DNA from: Paragordius varius
Lineage: Eukaryota; Animalia; Nematomorpha
DNA length: 64,000 nt
Direction: 5' to 3'
NCBI GenBank assembly: GCA_964247055.1
Contig: OZ176050.1
Coordinates: forward strand, 13,640,001 to 13,704,000
The position numbers were made by a program, and so were the translations under genes. Each line of letters begins with the position of its first letter. Position 1 is the first letter of the stretch. Below are positions 57,679 through 64,000 of this stretch, piece by piece. The notes below the pieces were generated by a model. That model was not told the DNA's origin and did no database searches. It saw only the letters and a list, made by a program, of their open reading frames with translations.

Positions 57679-58929
57679 ATATGCTAAATAAATTTACCAA
57701 TTGTCCTCGACAACTTACAACACATTCATATTAATCGAAACTGCTAAATCAATTACGTATATCTGAACAATCTTAGGCAACTAAATTCAACTTTAAAAAA
57801 ATGTTTTCCCTGATTCAACGCCATTGATTAGTATAAAAACTCAGTTTAATTTTTGCATCGAATTGGAGCCATTTAATGTAATAACAACTAAAACCTTTAA
57901 TAAATGTTCCATATATACAATTTTAACTAATTTTGACTAAATCTTTCCAAAGAGTCTTATTAACATGCAAATCGGAAAAGTTATATGGTATTGGCTTCAA
58001 ACTTAAATTGCGTTGCTTACGATTTTTTTGGTGCTTTATCTCATACTAACTAACTGCACAAGTTACAAAAACACCAAATATTTTAACTAATATTACAGTA
58101 TGAATAAGTATACATGCTGGAAAGTTATTAATTATTACCAAATAATACAACAAAGTCAATTATTATTAGCTTATAGTTATTTTTTACACTTTTTACTATT
58201 ATATTAGCCAATAATAATTCTCTTTGCTGCGTATGCTATTTGGCAATAATTGATAACTTCCTAGGCATATATATTTACTCATACTGTATTACAACGATTA
58301 TTGATAATATATATATATATATTTGCAGCGAGTTCAATATTCCTTTAATAGCTCTCATGCACCTTATAACCCCAAATTAGTTTTCAGTACGAATAACTTG
58401 AAACAAAAACACTTATAGAATTTTATTTTTTAGCCCAATTTATTTTTCACAGGTTTGCCAACCGCAAGAGAGGTTGTAATAAAGGTCAACAAACATACTT
58501 AAATATCCATATAAATATTATGAAAATATTATTGTTTGAATCAAAAAAATTAACTAAAAATAACTGTAAATTCCCTAATTATAATCAAAACAATAATATT
58601 TACACATAAATGGTCACGACGTTAAAAATATTTTTTTTATAGATTGTATAATTTATTTTTATAATTTATAATTTTTTATTTTTGTATTATTTAAAACAAA
58701 TTCATACAACAATAACATCAATTATAATAATAATATCGGGAATTCATCATACATACCCTTTGCGTACCTAACTGTGTTTTGCTAATAAATAAATAAATAG
58801 GGTTGGGTTCAAATTAAATAGTACAGGTTAGCAAACAAATCATATACATGCATAATATATTACATTTCATTTTTAAAAAAAACTATTTTAGCTTCTGTTA
58901 TAAATAAAAAGTTAAAAATGTTAAATATT

Positions 58930-59014
58930 ATGATACATTTTTTTACCATATTCTTGTATATTTGCATCGGCAAAGCATCCAGTCAAATGACCAGTGATGT
59001 CCTTCTATTGCCCA
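58930..59014 (+). CDS. Probable first (signal-peptide) exon of a secreted protein; downstream exons unresolved
   Basis: ATG frame MIHFFTIFLYICIGKASS|QMTSDVLLLP ends at a consensus donor A|GTAAGT (59015). I could not confidently assign a downstream exon. Confidence 0.4.
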
Positions 59015-59248
59015 GTAAGTAAAATTATTTGATATTTTTATATACAGTTTGAGTAAAAATGCATATCTAGTTTTGCTTAAATAATTTCTAGTATATAGTA
59101 CCCTATTATGACAGCGATTATGGGTAAAACATGGCTCAATATCATGACCCTCTTTATTAAAAATTTATAAATCTCCATTGGTTAATTATTTAAAAATATT
59201 TAACAGATGATTATTTTTTTATTACTGAAATCGGGGGGTATGAATATC

Positions 59249-59283
<35 letters not shown>

Positions 59284-61071
59284 GCATCGGATAATAATGG
59301 TCTTTTGGTTTTGGCCTTTACAACCATGTATCCTTTATTTTATCAAAAATTTATATTTTTTCGTTAATTGGTTTTAAATATTTAATAAAAAATGGAACAA
59401 AACAAGTTTTTTGATGAATATGATATTGTTATACCATAGAGCTCTTGTTTTTTTCATTCTTTACCAAATATTTATACGCATTTAACTAAAAAAAAGTTAT
59501 TTTGATAATATAAAGGATACATGATTGTATTTAGGTAAGTTTACAATTTTGACGTAAATGCTCCATATCATGAAATCACAAATTTTTGCACACTCTGTCA
59601 AATAAATTTTTTTTTGGTGAAGACTAAATGCTTAATTACAAAAAATGTCAATAAACCATATCTAAATATGAAAAAAACAATATTGATATAAAATTTTAAT
59701 TTTTATATGTGGGCTCGAAAGTCTCCCAATTTTTTCATCTTTTTTAAATAGTGTTTTAAAAAATGCAAAAATATAGATATCACCCTATAAAAATTTTTAT
59801 TATTTATTTTGACAGTTAAAAATGCTTTTTTCCAAAAGATGGATATTTTGCTAAAAAAATAATTTATAGCTAAATTTTATTGAGGCATGATGACGAAAAA
59901 AGCTTTTAGGTATTATAAAAACACTTTTTCTATATATATTGTGTATGCTCCCATCTTATACTTTTGATTTAAGATTCGTCTGCTTTCAAATTTGGGAACA
60001 CAAATCGAACAATTAATTTAATCAAAATTCTGAAGTGATAATATAATCCGCGTTATCAAATTATATAGAAATAGTTTTTTTTATATTATCTGTGAGCGTT
60101 TTATACCGTTTTAATCAGGCCTCAAAATGTGAAATTACCACAATATTTTGCCATAATTTAAACTTTTATCATAATATCCATTTTTTGGATAACATTTTTT
60201 ATGTTAAATTTAGCATATATTTGAAATTTTTATCGCGCCCTTTCAACATTTTTACGTTTATACCCTCAAAAGTGTCCTTGAACACTTCAAGTTCCCGAAC
60301 ATTTCGAATCGGTTCTTGAACACTTCAAGTTGGTACTTGAAATTTTTGATTTTTGATTTAACCATAATATTTGCACTTATTTTTTTATTTTTTCTTTATT
60401 TATTATATAATTCATTTAAAAAGAAAAAATTTTATTCCAAAACCACTTTTTTGTTTCAAACTAATTTTTTTAACAAATATTTTAACTTCTGAATGTTTTC
60501 AATGAAATATTTTGAATGTTAACCCAAAAAGCTTATATATTTTTTAATTACGTGTTAAAATCTTATAAATATCCAAAATAATTTTACAAAATTAATAAAG
60601 ATATACGGTTTCTGAATAATTAAAAGTTCATATTGATTTAAAATTTATGACAAATAATAGAAAATTAAACGATAAAATAGATATATGATATACGATTTGA
60701 TGGATAAAAGTTAAAAACAAAAACAAAAAAGTCAAAGGACCAACTTGAAGTGTTTAAGGGCCAACTTGAAATATTTAAGGACCAAATAAATTTAATTAAC
60801 ATATTGTGCTAAAATTTTGCCATTTGACATGGAGCAGTTCCCCAAAGTGTAAGTTTCTTAAATTACTCATAATGGCCAAAACTAAAAGCATAATAATAAT
60901 CCTGAAACATTTTCCTATCAAAATATAATTTCATAAAAATATTTTTTGTGGACGCTGTGTCGTTCATGAGGTTTATAAACCCGCAAACTAAGGGTTTTTC
61001 AACTTTAAACAATAAAAAAAATATACAGTTTAGAGTCTCTTTGTTCTTTTTTTTATTAAAGGGTAAGAACT

Positions 61072-61212
61072 ACTAAATTGTATCCGGACTGTGAAGGCTT
61101 TAGCACTCGCCTGCCCAGGGCTGACAGTGATGATGGAAAAATTGCGTAGTTTCGGGGTTCAAACTCACATGCAGGGTAAGAGTCCGGCGCCTGCCTAATC
61201 TACCATGAAAAA
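61072..61212 (-). mobile_element. Candidate tRNA(Lys)-derived SINE
   Basis: The minus-strand head GGACTCTTA...GTGAGTTTGAACCCC resembles the tRNA-Lys(CTT) anticodon loop and T-arm/B box. It is followed by a GC-rich body. No complete cloverleaf. Confidence 0.4.
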
Positions 61213-63452
61213 TTAAATTTTATCTTTACTCTTTACTATGCAGCTTTGTACTTTTACCAATTAGTGTATGTTTAAAAATGAATAGTATTAATTATGAATC
61301 TATTCGCAAAAACATATTATGACTATATTTTTTGATTACAAGGTTAAGGCATAAAACAGGTTAAATGAAAAAAATAATGTTAGAAATCTAAATTGAATAA
61401 TTTAATTTTGGAAAATTATTTATGATATAGGAAACGGCCGAGGCCAGTGGAGAGGCATTTGTAAAATAAGGCTTATAGGTTCGTTTATTCATTGCATCTT
61501 TGCTGAAATTTACAAACCGTAGACCAGTTATCGGTTTCGATCTCTCCTGCGTATAGTATAAAATACATTTTTAGATTGCATTAATTGTATATAAAATTAT
61601 AAACTTTTAAAATTGTCACGGATATAGTAGGGGTTTTTAACACAAATGGCTTAGGGTGCATTTTACCACAAAAAACCCGACGGGCTGTTTTCAAAAAATA
61701 GTTATAAAATTATATTATATTAACAAAAGACTGTAAAAAATTACAAATTCGATAAAACTCCTATTTAATTAAATAGAGGTTTGCTACTTCATAGCCAAAA
61801 TTTATTTAGGAAAATATCAATTTTCGTTTGCTTTTGTAAATTAGCATTTTTACCAATTCGAATCGATATATTCGGTATTTTTCAAATTTCTCGCGGGCTG
61901 CCAAAATATTTTGTATGACCACGTGTTGGACACCCCTGTTTTAGCGTTTAAAACAAATTTAAAATATATTGTATTTTTTTCATATTGATTAAGGGTGGGA
62001 ATGGTTATGTCATGCACTTAAATCCAATACCGTAAATTATTCCACCATACCTAGCGAAATGTTTACCGGTGACAATTTCGGTGAAAATATGTATGTTATA
62101 ATATCAAAATTTTTCATATCTTAATTAAATTTGTTTAACTTAATTCAAATGTGTTTAGTAACATATCATTGGAAAGTACCAGAAACAAAAAACAGTTGTG
62201 GCTAGTTTTACGGGCAGCTATTGGTCCACAAAACACCCTGACCAACTTTAAAATTATCCATCAAATAAATCAATTAATCCTCAACAGGGAGTTTCAATTT
62301 GTCAAATATCGCATGGAAACTGATGTATTAGTTTTTTCTTACTCAAAAATTTAAAATATGTTTTAGATATATGTTAAATGTGAAGCCGGTTGTCAATTAA
62401 ATTTAAAGTTACAAATAATTTTTTTATTTTTAATAAGATTAAATTAATTTATGAAAAAAAGTAGGTTAATTTTTGACATTATTTTTAAGTCCATTAATTT
62501 AATGATTATTTATAGCGAAAGAGTTCTTTTATAGCTTTATACATTGGAATCTCGGAACCGTTTTAAATGATTTTATTTTTTTTCAAGATATTTAACAAAT
62601 ACCTGTTTTTAATTTTATTTTGATTTTTTGGGAAAAAATATAAAAAACTTTTATAATTGGCATATAAAGTGGATACCTTCCTCCCAAAATGTTTACGATT
62701 GTGAAAAAATATATGGTACCCGCATCATGACCCATAAAAAATATTTAGAATTCGAATTATTTGATTAAAATTTAATTAGGAAGTCAAATGTATGTTTATA
62801 TATATTACCAGGCTATCCACATATTGTTTTAAGTAGATACCAAAATTAGATACCATTTGATAACAACAGAATCAGAACGAAATGTATTTTGGCGTTTGAA
62901 AAAACCACTTTTTAAAAAATCTAAAGAAAATTGGTTAGAACTTGAACTAGAAATGCACGCAATTACCATTCCATTTGTTGCTTTTATCCATATTTTTTTT
63001 AGTTAAAAATTACAGCTCTCCCAAATGATACAGTTAAAATCATAGGATTGCAAATAAATTCTACCAATGACCTCTTCGCCACAAAAACATTAAATTTTAA
63101 TTCAACTATAGTTCTTGCAAAACCAAAAGGTATAAAATCTACCACCGGAATGAACAACACTTTCACCCTATTCAATCTTATTTCGGGCGGTTCCGTACAA
63201 TACTCAAAACATAATCTAATAGTTAGATTGTATAAATGTAAACCACATCAATCCATACACTATATTACAAAGAATCTTAAAACGCAACACAACTTGCAAG
63301 AGTTAAAGCAGTTTATTCAGAAAAATAATTTGTAATTACTTATTTTATTCCGTAAACCTAAAAATTATGCTAACAAAACGTAGAGACATAAAGACAAATA
63401 TTTTTATTCAAAAGTCAACCATCCTCTTTTTTAATTTTGTTTTTCATATATA

Positions 63453-63636
63453 CAGTATGAGTAGGTATAGCTAGATATGAAATATTGCCAAATAGTTAAT
63501 ACAACAGAGGCAGTATTATTGGCTTATAAATATTTTTTACACTTTTTATTAATATTAGCCAATAATACTGCCCTTTGTTTTATTAACTATTTGGCAATAA
63601 TTAATAACTTTCTAGCAATGTATCTTACTCATACTG
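63453..63636. mobile_element. MITE family C (~185-bp hairpin, TA|CAGTATGAGTAAGTATA...TACTTACTCATACTG|TA)
   Basis: Near-palindromic with TA flanks. Copies at 20289-20476, 31063-31246, 58096-58286 and 63453-63636. Confidence 0.85.
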
Positions 63637-64000
63637 TAAAACCATGAGATATATTAAAAATTTTAAAAAAAGTACAATGGTCTTTCAAAAAAAGTACAAT
63701 GATCTTTATGTTTTTAGGTTTGGTATGTGTGATTTAAACACAATTTTATAACATATAACTTATTTGTAGCACTCAAAATAAAATTGATCCGGAGTTAACC
63801 TATATGAGTACGGATGAAAAAATAATTTCATTTACGATGAATCAATACAATTTTAGTCTGTTAGATAAGGTTTGGCTTCAAACAATGCACAAAGACTCCA
63901 ATTTCCTTACCAAAATTATCAATTCGGTATCTTTTAAATATACTATTTATACCTCAAACTGACCCTTAAATATTTAAAATTTACCCTTGAACATTTCAAA

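Noticed and set aside
55176-57700. Multiple ORFs of QHFFKQT, LLEKMLR and KKCC repeats
   Set aside because: They are open in several frames and on both strands because the 21-bp unit lacks stops; no splice or domain support.
57700-58030. Minus-strand ILINGVESGKTFF, Walker A-like
   Set aside because: The frame has many stops and no Walker B or other motif; at most an unclassifiable decayed fragment.
58453-58520. Acceptor followed by (W)FANRKR, resembling homeodomain helix 3
   Set aside because: No upstream exon encoding helices 1-2 was found and the match is too short.
61150-61212. Functional tRNA-Lys gene
   Set aside because: The acceptor stem and D-arm do not fold properly; kept only as a SINE-head candidate.
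62833-62849. Possible 17-nt intron GTAGATACCAAAATTAG
   Set aside because: Removal leads to a stop within four codons and there is no homology to anchor it.

Overview
Very AT-rich (roughly three-quarters A+T by eye), spliced, repeat-rich animal nuclear DNA. The species cannot be identified from the sequence. I reconstructed six multi-exon genes by hand, with GT-AG boundaries and consistent phases: (1) a neurexin (+, 3648-19738) with an unusual SP-LNS-LNS-EGF-LNS-TM layout and a ~520-aa tail ending KEWYV; (2) RNA 3'-terminal phosphate cyclase RTCA (-, 25713-20132); (3) a Castor-type zinc finger/AT-hook protein (+, 29890-32919); (4) the phosphoinositide phosphatase SAC1 (-, 44131-33467); (5) an orphan secreted preproprotein with acidic pro-segments and a Lys-rich 11-mer amphipathic repeat domain (-, 48303-46885); (6) a ZP-domain membrane protein (+, 48981-53134). 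There is also a probable lone signal-peptide exon at 58930. The most striking signal is six 22-35 nt spliceosomal micro-introns in three genes (SAC1: 23, 22, 29 nt; RTCA: 25, 35 nt; ZP gene: 27 nt). All six lie near gene 5' ends and carry an in-frame stop. The three that are 22-25 nt have a YTAA branch-like motif with its second A at -8. They coexist with introns of hundreds to thousands of bases that are full of MITEs. Non-coding DNA holds several MITE families (TA-, TTAA- and 8-bp-TSD types, and a group with CCATTT termini and 21-bp subterminal arrays), a foldback element, a decayed RTE LINE with inversion geometry, a tRNA-derived SINE candidate and minisatellites. No rRNA, intact tRNA or CRISPR array was seen. 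Family assignments come from motifs recalled from memory, not from database searches.
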